In this document: piece by piece, positions 44,661 to 53,320 of the stretch | How the letters are laid out: every line of letters begins with the position of its first letter | How positions within the stretch are numbered: position 1 is the first letter of the stretch | From: Flavobacterium sp. | GTDB taxonomy: Bacteria; Bacteroidota; Bacteroidia; Flavobacteriales; Flavobacteriaceae | Length of the DNA stretch: 64,000 nt | Direction: 5' to 3' | Assembly (NCBI GenBank): GCA_044373115.1 | Contig: JBILQQ010000002.1 | Coordinates: 64,081-128,080 of the forward strand | Position numbers and translations under genes: made by a program | Notes under the pieces: model-generated | What the model saw: the letters and a program-made list of their open reading frames with translations, nothing else | Database searches by the model: none | What the model was told of the DNA's origin: nothing

Positions 44661-47657
44661 TTAATCAAGAATTGCATTTTGGATGATCTTTTGAATGTCT
44701 TCGCGGATGTTTTCTTTTGATAATTTATTGGTAGCATTTGCGTTTGGAAAGGTACGATTTGACAAGAAAACATATACAATTTCTGTTTCGGGATCGGCCC
44801 AAACCATAGTTCCAGTGAAGCCCGTGTGACCAAAACTAGACTTAGAAACACAGCCGCAAGTAGGTCCTTCTTTACCAATTTGAGGTTTGTCAAACCCAAG
44901 ACCACGACGATTACCTGATTCGTAAAAATGGCAGGTATTAAATGTGTCAAAAGTTGCGTTTGTAATGTATTGAACGCCACCATAATTGCCTTTTTGGAGG
45001 AACATTTGCATCATTTTGGCTAGATCCATTGAATTGGAAAAAACGCCTGCGTGACCAGCCACACCTCCTTGCATTGCGGCTGCCATGTCGTGTACATAGC
45101 CTTGAAGTAGCGAATACCTAAAGTAATCATCTATTTCGGTAGGTACAATTTGCTCATTTTTAAATACTTGTAACGGATTGAAAGTTGTGTTATTCATGCC
45201 CAAAGGGGAGAAAAAATTTTGTTTTGACAAATCGTTTAACGATTTATTTGTTGTTTTTTCAATAAATTCTTTAAGAATAATAAATGTTAAATCGCTGTAT
45301 TTGTATTCCTTTTTTTCGAGTAATTTGCTATCAATTATTTTTTTAAAAAGGGTGTCTTGGTAGTCACTTTTAAGATATAAATTAGGAGCAACTTGTTTGG
45401 AGAATTGATCTGAAAAAGTTGTGTTGTAATATTTTAAATCGGGTTTTTTTAAGCTGTCAAGGGTTTCTTTATAAAACGGAATCCAAGGCTGAAGTTGCGC
45501 ATTGTGAGATAAAAGTTCTTTAAAATTGATTTCTTTTTTGTTCGAATTAGAAAAAACTGGTAACATATCGCTAAGTTTTGAATCAAGTTGAACTTTTTTG
45601 TGATCAAAAAGTTGCATTGCAATTGGTAAAGTTGCTACTATTTTTGTGACAGATGCGACATCGTAAAGATTAGAATTATCAATTTTTTCGGTTGTTTCAT
45701 ACGTTTTGTGGCCAAATGATTTTTGGTAAACAACTTTACCTCTTCTTGCCACTAAAATTTGCATACCAGGAGTCATTTTTTGGGAAATAGCTTTATCGGC
45801 AATTTTATCAATTTGGGATAAAATTTCGTGACTCATACCTACATTTTCAGGAGCTGTAAATCCCAAACGGTTTATTTTTTCAAATTCAATACCGTGATTA
45901 ACTGGAAAATCTTGATTGATTGATACAGGCAATTTGCCTTGTGAATCAATGGCTCCAAAAATTAATTCGGCAGAAACTTCTTGAGCAATATCAGCGTTTT
46001 GATATGACATAACTACCGCTTCTATATCATTAAAATTTGTTATAGTAGATAGTGAATAGGGTTTCGTAAATGCATCTAAAATAACTGTATTGTTTTTGGC
46101 TATTTCTTGCAACCATTGCAACTCTTTTTCGGTAAAGTCATGTTTTTTCCACGCTTTATCTGATTTATGAAAACCAACAATAACTGTATTGAAATTCTTC
46201 AATTGAAGTTGTAAGGAATCTATATTATCCGACTGTATTTGAGTTACTTCAGTATATTTTTTTAAGGTTGAAATAAAAGTTGAATTTACATCATCTCCTA
46301 GTTTTACATAAGCAATTTTTTGATTTAAATTTTTAATGGGCAATATATTATCGTTATTTTTGATAACCGTGATTGCATGTTCGTATAGTTGATATTGTAG
46401 GGCATCCTTTGAAGTTGTAATCAAATCCTTAGATAAATTTTTTGTGTCAATTTGCTTATAGTTATTCAAACCTGCCTTGTATTTGTATTTCAGTATTTTT
46501 TTTACAGAACGCTCTAATCTTTCAGGAGTAATTCTATTTTCATTAAAAGCAGTTGTTATTTTTTGGATTGCTAAAGGAACATTTTCTGGAAAAAGCAAAA
46601 TATCGTTTCCTGCTAAAAATGTTTCTAAATCTAAATCACCCGGAGCAAGAAATTTACTTGCGGCTTTCATGTTTAGTGCATCTGTAAAAATTAGTCCCTC
46701 AAATCCAAGTTCGTCTTGAAGGAGTTTTGTTACCACATTATAGGAAGCTGTTGTAGGGACATTTTCTTTATATTCCAGGCTAGGAATGTTAAGATGCCCC
46801 ACCATTACTGATACTAATCCTTCATCAAACATTCGTTTGTAGGGATAAAGTTCCGTTTTGTCAATTCGTGATTTATCAAAATTAACCAAAGGGAGTGCGT
46901 AGTGCGAATCAGTAGCTGTATCGCCATGACCAGGAAAGTGTTTACCCGTTGAAAAAATACCTTTGGACTGTACACCATCCATTAATGCAATGGCATGATT
47001 GGCAACATTAACTTTATCCTCACCGAACGATCTGTTACCAATAATTGGATTTTTTGGATTTGTATTTATATCAATAACTGGTGCAAAATTAAAGTGAATT
47101 CCCAATCTTTTAGATTCATCAGCCATATTTTCGCCTACTTTTTTTATTAAGCTTAGGTCTCTGACAGCACCAAGTGTCATGTTCCAAGGATATCTATAGG
47201 TTGAATCCAAACGCATACTTAACCCCCACTCGGCATCAATACCAATAAACAAAGGTACTTTTGACTTGGATTGGTATCTGTTTGTGAGATTAGATTGACG
47301 GTTTGGTCCACCTTGAAAAAAAATTAAACCCCCAACTTTACTTTCAATGATTAGTTTTTCAATTTCTAAACAGTGTGCCTCATCTTTGTTAGAATAAGCG
47401 GCAACCATAAAAAGTTGACCTACTTTTTGATCAAAAGTCATTTGGTTGTAAACACTGTCAACCCATTTGTTTTCTGATGATGTTTCTGGAAAATAATTTT
47501 TTCGTTCAGATTTTGCATGTTGTACATATACCTCGTCAGGCAAAATAAAGGCACTGTCCGTTGGTTTAGCAATAGATACTGCAACCGTTTTTTTGGTTGC
47601 ACAATTAGTTGCCAAAACAATAACACACAAAAAAGATAGTATTTTAATTTTATTCAT
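44661..47657 (-). CDS. GH3 beta-N-acetylhexosaminidase (NagZ-like) fused to a serine beta-lactamase/PBP-like domain
   Basis: 998 aa; GH3 blocks GIDAEWG and KHFPGHGDTATDSH; C-terminal SVTK (SxxK) serine hydrolase motif. Confidence 0.85.
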   Translation of the reverse strand: MNKIKILSFLCVIVLATNCATKKTVAVSIAKPTDSAFILPDEVYVQHAKSERKNYFPETSSENKWVDSVYNQMTFDQKVGQLFMVAAYSNKDEAHCLEIEKLIIESKVGGLIFFQGGPNRQSNLTNRYQSKSKVPLFIGIDAEWGLSMRLDSTYRYPWNMTLGAVRDLSLIKKVGENMADESKRLGIHFNFAPVIDINTNPKNPIIGNRSFGEDKVNVANHAIALMDGVQSKGIFSTGKHFPGHGDTATDSHYALPLVNFDKSRIDKTELYPYKRMFDEGLVSVMVGHLNIPSLEYKENVPTTASYNVVTKLLQDELGFEGLIFTDALNMKAASKFLAPGDLDLETFLAGNDILLFPENVPLAIQKITTAFNENRITPERLERSVKKILKYKYKAGLNNYKQIDTKNLSKDLITTSKDALQYQLYEHAITVIKNNDNILPIKNLNQKIAYVKLGDDVNSTFISTLKKYTEVTQIQSDNIDSLQLQLKNFNTVIVGFHKSDKAWKKHDFTEKELQWLQEIAKNNTVILDAFTKPYSLSTITNFNDIEAVVMSYQNADIAQEVSAELIFGAIDSQGKLPVSINQDFPVNHGIEFEKINRLGFTAPENVGMSHEILSQIDKIADKAISQKMTPGMQILVARRGKVVYQKSFGHKTYETTEKIDNSNLYDVASVTKIVATLPIAMQLFDHKKVQLDSKLSDMLPVFSNSNKKEINFKELLSHNAQLQPWIPFYKETLDSLKKPDLKYYNTTFSDQFSKQVAPNLYLKSDYQDTLFKKIIDSKLLEKKEYKYSDLTFIILKEFIEKTTNKSLNDLSKQNFFSPLGMNNTTFNPLQVFKNEQIVPTEIDDYFRYSLLQGYVHDMAAAMQGGVAGHAGVFSNSMDLAKMMQMFLQKGNYGGVQYITNATFDTFNTCHFYESGNRRGLGFDKPQIGKEGPTCGCVSKSSFGHTGFTGTMVWADPETEIVYVFLSNRTFPNANATNKLSKENIREDIQKIIQNAILD

Positions 47658-47668
47658 TTATGCTTATT

Positions 47669-48151
47669 TTAAAAAAATCGGCTGTGCCAACTTTCAGCTG
47701 CAGGGATTTCCCAACTTTCATTAAATTCCTCAATCGTATTTACCAAATTATTAAATACGATTGTGTTTTCAGAAACAGATTTATCTTTAGCTAATTTTTT
47801 GAAATCAAGTAGGGTTTTGTAGGTTACAAATTCACCTTGTTTGAAAGCAACATTCATTTTATCTAATAAATCAACACTGTATTTTTGTTCCAAATTTTGG
47901 ATAAATTCAACAGACTTATCGATTGAGCAACCTGTAGCTTGTTGCACCTCTTGATTTACAGATATAATAATAAAACGATTGTATTTAATGCAAAATGAGG
48001 ATTCCAAAGAAGTTCCATGAGCAGACCAATCATTTAAAAATGAAGTCATTGAAGTAGTTATTTCTTGTATCTCAACGTCAGAAAATTTTCGACTTGATTG
48101 GTAAATCCAAATTTTTGATTCTGTAGGCAAACTTTCAAACGGTACAAACAT
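47669..48151 (-). CDS. Conserved hypothetical protein
   Basis: Start moved to internal Met (MFVPFESLPTESKIWIYQ), which removes the overlap with the upstream PAP2 gene. Confidence 0.55.
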   Translation of the reverse strand: MFVPFESLPTESKIWIYQSSRKFSDVEIQEITTSMTSFLNDWSAHGTSLESSFCIKYNRFIIISVNQEVQQATGCSIDKSVEFIQNLEQKYSVDLLDKMNVAFKQGEFVTYKTLLDFKKLAKDKSVSENTIVFNNLVNTIEEFNESWEIPAAESWHSRFF

Positions 48152-48161
48152 ATTTTTAAAT

Positions 48162-48926
48162 TTAAAAAGTTGATACAAATCCAATTCCTGCATTTTTTCC
48201 ATCATAAAATGGTAGTAAAACTGCACTTGAATTTGAATTATTTTTGGTAAACATTTTATTAATTTTTGGAGCAAGCCAATAAGCTGCTTTGGTACTTAAA
48301 ATTCCTATTCCGGCGCCCGCAACTACATCTGTAAACCAATGCCTATTATTGTACATTCGTAAAACTCCTACTGTTGAGGCGATTACGTATCCCGAAACAC
48401 CATACCAAATGGACTGATCTTTGTATTCTTGGTACATAAATTCTGCTGCCATGAAAGCTGTTGCAGTATGCCCTGAAGGGAAAGAGTTGAGTTTAGATTT
48501 GTCAGGTCGTAACTCGCAAGTAGTTCGTTTTAAAACATTTACAGTGATGCCCATCAAAATATATGATGTACCTAAAATAATTGTTTTGTCCTTGAAATTA
48601 TTCTTCCCTCTTACTCCAAATAATTCCAACCCATAAGTTGCCAAAATGGGTGTGTATTGCAAATAGTCATCAATTCTAATCGAATTATTTTCATTTTTAT
48701 TAAAACCTTGGTTTATCGACTTATTAAATGCTTTAATTTGTCCATTTTCTAAACCAATAACTCCATAAGCGATTAATATTGTTGGAATGATTAACTGTTT
48801 TTTATTAAATTTGAGGTAATTTTTGCCCAACGGAATAGAATCTTTTTTTACAAGTGTATCATTTGTTTGAGCAACACTAGTGTAAATAAAATTGAGTGTT
48901 AGTAAAAATAAAAGTAATCTTTTCAT
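48162..48926 (-). CDS. PAP2 family phosphatase
   Basis: KxxxxxxRP (ELRPDKS), PSGH, R...HWFTD motifs. Confidence 0.85.
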   Translation of the reverse strand: MKRLLLFLLTLNFIYTSVAQTNDTLVKKDSIPLGKNYLKFNKKQLIIPTILIAYGVIGLENGQIKAFNKSINQGFNKNENNSIRIDDYLQYTPILATYGLELFGVRGKNNFKDKTIILGTSYILMGITVNVLKRTTCELRPDKSKLNSFPSGHTATAFMAAEFMYQEYKDQSIWYGVSGYVIASTVGVLRMYNNRHWFTDVVAGAGIGILSTKAAYWLAPKINKMFTKNNSNSSAVLLPFYDGKNAGIGFVSTF

Positions 48927-48929
48927 CTA

Positions 48930-49721
48930 TTATAAATCTTGAGCTGTGGCAATTAATTCGGCAATATCAAGTACTAAAACTTCACCTTCTTTTTCTTTAT
49001 TTTTGATACCGTCGGTTAACATCGTATTACAAAATGGACAACCTGCTGCAATTATTTCAGCTGAAGTTTCAATCGCATCTTCAGTTCGCTCAATATTAAT
49101 TTCTTTAGTTCCTTTCTCGGCATCTTTAAACATTTGTGCGCCACCAGCACCGCAGCATAAACCGTTTGCTTTGGAACGTTTCATTTCAACAAGCTCAGCG
49201 TCAAGTTTTTGAATTAAATCTCTTGGTGCTTCATACACGTTATTTGCTCTACCTAAATAACAAGGGTCATGAAATGTAATTTTTTTACCTTTAAATTGAC
49301 CACCTTCAATTGTGATTCTGCCTTGATTGAGTAGGGATTTTAAAAATTCTGTATGATGAACAACTTCATAATTCCCACCTAATTGTGGGTATTCGTTCTT
49401 TAAAGTATTGAAACAATGCGGACAAGCTGTAACTATTTTTTTTGCTTCATATGCATTTAGTACTTCAATGTTCATAATTGCCTGCATTTGAAATAAAAAT
49501 TCATTTCCTGCTCGTTTTGCAGGATCACCAGTACAACTTTCTTCAGTTCCTAAAACTGCAAATTCAATTTTAGCATTATTCAAAATTTTAACAAACGCTT
49601 TGGTTATTTTTTTTGCACGGTCATCAAAACTTCCTGAACACCCTACCCAAAATAATATTTCAGGTTGCTTCCCTTGAGCTAGCATTTCAGCCATTGTAGG
49701 CACAACTATACTTTCTGACAT
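48930..49721 (-). CDS. CCG-domain (Fe-S)-binding oxidoreductase subunit (HdrD/GlpC C-terminal type)
   Basis: Two Cys-rich blocks CPHCFNTL...DPCYLGR and CCGAGG...CPFC. Confidence 0.8.
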   Translation of the reverse strand: MSESIVVPTMAEMLAQGKQPEILFWVGCSGSFDDRAKKITKAFVKILNNAKIEFAVLGTEESCTGDPAKRAGNEFLFQMQAIMNIEVLNAYEAKKIVTACPHCFNTLKNEYPQLGGNYEVVHHTEFLKSLLNQGRITIEGGQFKGKKITFHDPCYLGRANNVYEAPRDLIQKLDAELVEMKRSKANGLCCGAGGAQMFKDAEKGTKEINIERTEDAIETSAEIIAAGCPFCNTMLTDGIKNKEKEGEVLVLDIAELIATAQDL

Positions 49722-49763
49722 AAAATTAGTTTTTAATTTTTTGTTAAAATAATTTAAAATTGT

Positions 49764-51086
49764 TTACTCGTTTTTCCAATTTAAACGATCCATTTGATTG
49801 TATTGCCATGGAGCACCATTGTTTTCAATATTGGTCATCATGTTATTTAATGACATTGGAGCCGCACTTTGTTCCATTACCAAGTATCTTCTCATATCAA
49901 TAATAATAGAAAGTGGACTAATATTTACCGGACATTCCTCTACACAAGCGTTGCATGATGTACAAGCCCAAAGCTCTTCAGTACTTATATAATCGTTTAA
50001 AAGCGATATGTTGTCAGGCACAAAAACACCATTATTTTTATCTATATTCTTTCCAACTTGTTCCAATCTATCACGGGTATCCATCATTATTTTTCGTGGA
50101 GATAGTTTTTTACCAGTTTGATTTGCTGGACATGATGATGTACAACGACCACATTCTGTACATGTATAGGCATTTAATAATTGAACCCAATTCAAATCCA
50201 TTACATCACTAGCGCCAAATTTGCTAGGAACTTCTGTCCCTTGAGGTTGGACGGCAAAAGGGTCAGCATTTGGGTCAAGCATTAGCTTTACTTCATTTGT
50301 AACACTTTCAAGGTTATCTAATTTTCCTTTACTATTCAAATCGGCAAAATAGGTATTTGGAAAAGCTAACAGAATATGCAAATGTTTTGAGAAATATAAA
50401 TAATTTAAGAACACTAAAATTCCTATAATATGAAGCCACCAAAAAGTACGTTCTAACATAACCACTAAACTTTCGGAAAACCCATTAAAAATTGGTGATA
50501 TATGCTGACTTACAGGAAATGCACCTACTTCACTATAATGGCTGACTCCGGCTTTTTGTAGCCAAAAATCAGCAGCATTCATTAATAAAAATAAAGACAT
50601 TAATATCAATTCAAAATAGATAATATAATTTGCGTCGTTTGCTGGTTTTCCATTTAAATCTGTGCTAGCAAATCGTTTTAGTTTTAAAGTATTTCGTCGT
50701 AACCAAAATATACTAACAGCTACAACAACAAGTAATGCTAAAATTTCAAATGAACCAATTAGAAAATCATAAAAGTTACCCAAAAATGACAGAATTCTAT
50801 GTGTACCAAATAAACCATCGATTATAATTTCAACAACTTCAATATTAATAATTATAAAACCCAAATAAACGATGATGTGTAAAATTCCTGAAATAGGTCG
50901 TTTTACCATTTTTGATTGACCTAAAGCAATCATTGCCATATTCTTCCAACGTTGAGAAGAATTGTCGTTTCTATTAATATCTTTACCTAAATTGATGTTT
51001 CTGAATATTTTTTTTATATTGAAAACAAAATAACCAATTCCGATTATTAATAAAATTGCAAAAAAAATGTTATCTAAATATTTCAT
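49764..51086 (-). CDS. Membrane-anchored 4Fe-4S dicluster protein
   Basis: N-terminal polytopic domain, then CTECGRCTSSCP and CTSCNACVEECP. Confidence 0.8.
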   Translation of the reverse strand: MKYLDNIFFAILLIIGIGYFVFNIKKIFRNINLGKDINRNDNSSQRWKNMAMIALGQSKMVKRPISGILHIIVYLGFIIINIEVVEIIIDGLFGTHRILSFLGNFYDFLIGSFEILALLVVVAVSIFWLRRNTLKLKRFASTDLNGKPANDANYIIYFELILMSLFLLMNAADFWLQKAGVSHYSEVGAFPVSQHISPIFNGFSESLVVMLERTFWWLHIIGILVFLNYLYFSKHLHILLAFPNTYFADLNSKGKLDNLESVTNEVKLMLDPNADPFAVQPQGTEVPSKFGASDVMDLNWVQLLNAYTCTECGRCTSSCPANQTGKKLSPRKIMMDTRDRLEQVGKNIDKNNGVFVPDNISLLNDYISTEELWACTSCNACVEECPVNISPLSIIIDMRRYLVMEQSAAPMSLNNMMTNIENNGAPWQYNQMDRLNWKNE

Positions 51087-51096
51087 AGCTAATGAT

Positions 51097-52050
51097 TTAT
51101 TTTATAGTGTCCAACTCTTTAGGTGCTACGTAAGGTTTATTTTTTTTACCAAACAAAGATACATTAACGTACCTAGTTGGGTATAATCGCACATCTTGTA
51201 ATAACAACTCAAGTTCTTTTGATGTTTTTGAAAAATTAGTATAAAGCGCATCATCTTTCAATAATTTGCCCATGCTTCCTTTGCCATCATTGAGGTTTTT
51301 CATGATACCGTTAACATTTGTCAATGTTGTTTCAAGTGTTTTAATGGTATGTCCAATTTTAACTTTAGATAATGAGTCGGTGATGGTGGTAAAGTTTTTA
51401 GTTGCCTTGTCAACATTTGTTAAAGTTGATGCTAATTTGGTTTTGTTTTCAGCAAGCATACTATTTACTTGTATAGATGCAATTTCAAATTGTGCTAAAG
51501 CTTGGTTCAAATTTGCTAAACTTGACTGGATATTTGATTTAGTATCTGCATTCAAAATTTGATTTACATTTTGTAACATTAAGTTTGCATTGTTTAACAA
51601 AGCTTCAATTTTTATTTTTAAGGGGTCCAACTGACCAAGAACTCCGTCAAGCAATCCCATCTTGTTTGCGGCAACGAGTTTGTCGCCGTCTTTAATAGCA
51701 ATTGTTGAATTTTTATTTACAATAATTGCAATTTGTTTTCCTCCGATAGGACTTGGGGCATAAATTTCTGCCAAACTATTTTGAGTAATTTTAAAATCGT
51801 TTTTGATTTGTAATTCAACCAATAATTTACCAGTTTCAAGTATTTCAATGGTTTTTACTTTTCCAATTGTTAATCCATTTAATGTTACAGGTGATGATGC
51901 TACCAAACCTTCAACATTATCGTATTCAACAAATGCTTTTCGGTAATTAGTTAATAAATCACTTCCTTTCAAAAAACTATATCCCCAAATAAATAATAAA
52001 ATAGAGGAAATGACTAAAATGGCTGTTTTTATTTCTTTTGTTAGTTTCAA
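51097..52050 (-). CDS. MlaD/MCE family protein
   Basis: N-terminal TM, MCE block V.GL...SPV.LNGL.IGKV, long helical C-terminus. Confidence 0.8.
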   Translation of the reverse strand: MKLTKEIKTAILVISSILLFIWGYSFLKGSDLLTNYRKAFVEYDNVEGLVASSPVTLNGLTIGKVKTIEILETGKLLVELQIKNDFKITQNSLAEIYAPSPIGGKQIAIIVNKNSTIAIKDGDKLVAANKMGLLDGVLGQLDPLKIKIEALLNNANLMLQNVNQILNADTKSNIQSSLANLNQALAQFEIASIQVNSMLAENKTKLASTLTNVDKATKNFTTITDSLSKVKIGHTIKTLETTLTNVNGIMKNLNDGKGSMGKLLKDDALYTNFSKTSKELELLLQDVRLYPTRYVNVSLFGKKNKPYVAPKELDTIK

Positions 52051-52062
52051 AATGTGCTGTTT

Positions 52063-53235
52063 TTATTTTAATGCTTCTTTTATACTTATACTTTTACCGT
52101 TTTTGGATGCAATTATAAATGCTGAAGAATATCCTTTTGATTTTGCTTCAGTTAATAACTTTTTAGCTTCATCATAATTTGATGTGGAACCATAGCTGTA
52201 TTTGTACATATTATTTGCAAAAGTACTAGATATATTTGGTAATCCTTTAAAATTTGATGATGATAATTCTATTTTTTTTACACTTGCTGCCAATTGTACT
52301 TTAAAAATTACACCTTCTTCAATTTCAGAATTTTTAATTATTGGTTTTTGAGGTTCCTTATTTTCAACTGGATCACTTTTTTTTGGTGTTTCAATTGGTT
52401 TTGAAGGAATATTTACTGGTTTTACAATTGGCTTTTGAATAATTTCATCGCTAGATTCATTATCAAAAATTTCTTTTTTATAGCTAACAATAGCTTTTGC
52501 TATAGCATTAGCAACTTCATTTTGACCTTCTTCTGAATCCAAATATTTTCCTTCTTCACTATTTGAAATAAAACCTGTTTCAATTAACACTCTAGGCATG
52601 TAAGCTTTATGCAAAACCATGAAAGCGGCTTGTTTTACTCCTCCTCCTCTACTTTTTCGGCCGTTATCTTTAACAAAATAATCTTGAATTTTTCCAGCAA
52701 GTAAGATACTGTTTTCAATAAACTCTTCTTGCATTAATGTCATTCCAAGCATTGACTCTGGTTTTTTTGGATCGTATCCTTCATATTTTTGCTTGTAATC
52801 TTTCTCCATGGTAATTACTTGATTTTCTCGCTTTGCGGCATCAAGATTAGAGGCGTTTTTGCTCATACCCATTACATAAGTTTCCGAACCACTAGCCTCT
52901 CTATTTACATTAGCATTGCAGTGAATTGATACAAAAATAGATGAATTTGCTCGGTTTGCAATGTTAGCTCGCTCAACTAAATCTATAAAAACATCTGTTT
53001 TTCGGGTGTAAACCACATCAATTCCCGACTGGCTTTCCAAAATTTTACCAATTTTAAGTACTATTGCTAAGTTGATTTTCTTTTCAATATGTGGAGTATA
53101 AACGGCACCAAAATCTTGGTCTCCATGCCCTGCATCTAGGGTCACAACAAAAGATTTTGACTGTGAAAAAGCTGATGTTATTAGTAAGCAAATTGAACCT
53201 ACAAATAGGGTTTTTATGTGTTTAAATGTTATCAT
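52063..53235 (-). CDS. N-acetylmuramoyl-L-alanine amidase (Amidase_3) with C-terminal SPOR-like domain
   Basis: LDAGHGDQDFGAV, SIHCNA, ETGFISN; start set to the Met giving signal peptide MITFKHIKTLFVGSICLLITSAFSQ. Confidence 0.8.
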   Translation of the reverse strand: MITFKHIKTLFVGSICLLITSAFSQSKSFVVTLDAGHGDQDFGAVYTPHIEKKINLAIVLKIGKILESQSGIDVVYTRKTDVFIDLVERANIANRANSSIFVSIHCNANVNREASGSETYVMGMSKNASNLDAAKRENQVITMEKDYKQKYEGYDPKKPESMLGMTLMQEEFIENSILLAGKIQDYFVKDNGRKSRGGGVKQAAFMVLHKAYMPRVLIETGFISNSEEGKYLDSEEGQNEVANAIAKAIVSYKKEIFDNESSDEIIQKPIVKPVNIPSKPIETPKKSDPVENKEPQKPIIKNSEIEEGVIFKVQLAASVKKIELSSSNFKGLPNISSTFANNMYKYSYGSTSNYDEAKKLLTEAKSKGYSSAFIIASKNGKSISIKEALK

Positions 53236-53320
53236 ATAAATAAAAAAGTTAATTTTAATTAAAACTCCAATGTTAAACATTTATTATTTACCTATTTTTG
53301 GCAAAAAATAATATGTAATT

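Noticed and set aside
48152-48274. N-terminal 41 codons of ORF 47669-48274, which overlap the PAP2 gene by 113 nt
   Set aside because: The internal Met at 48151 gives a protein starting 10 nt after the PAP2 stop. The long form would need an implausibly large overlap.
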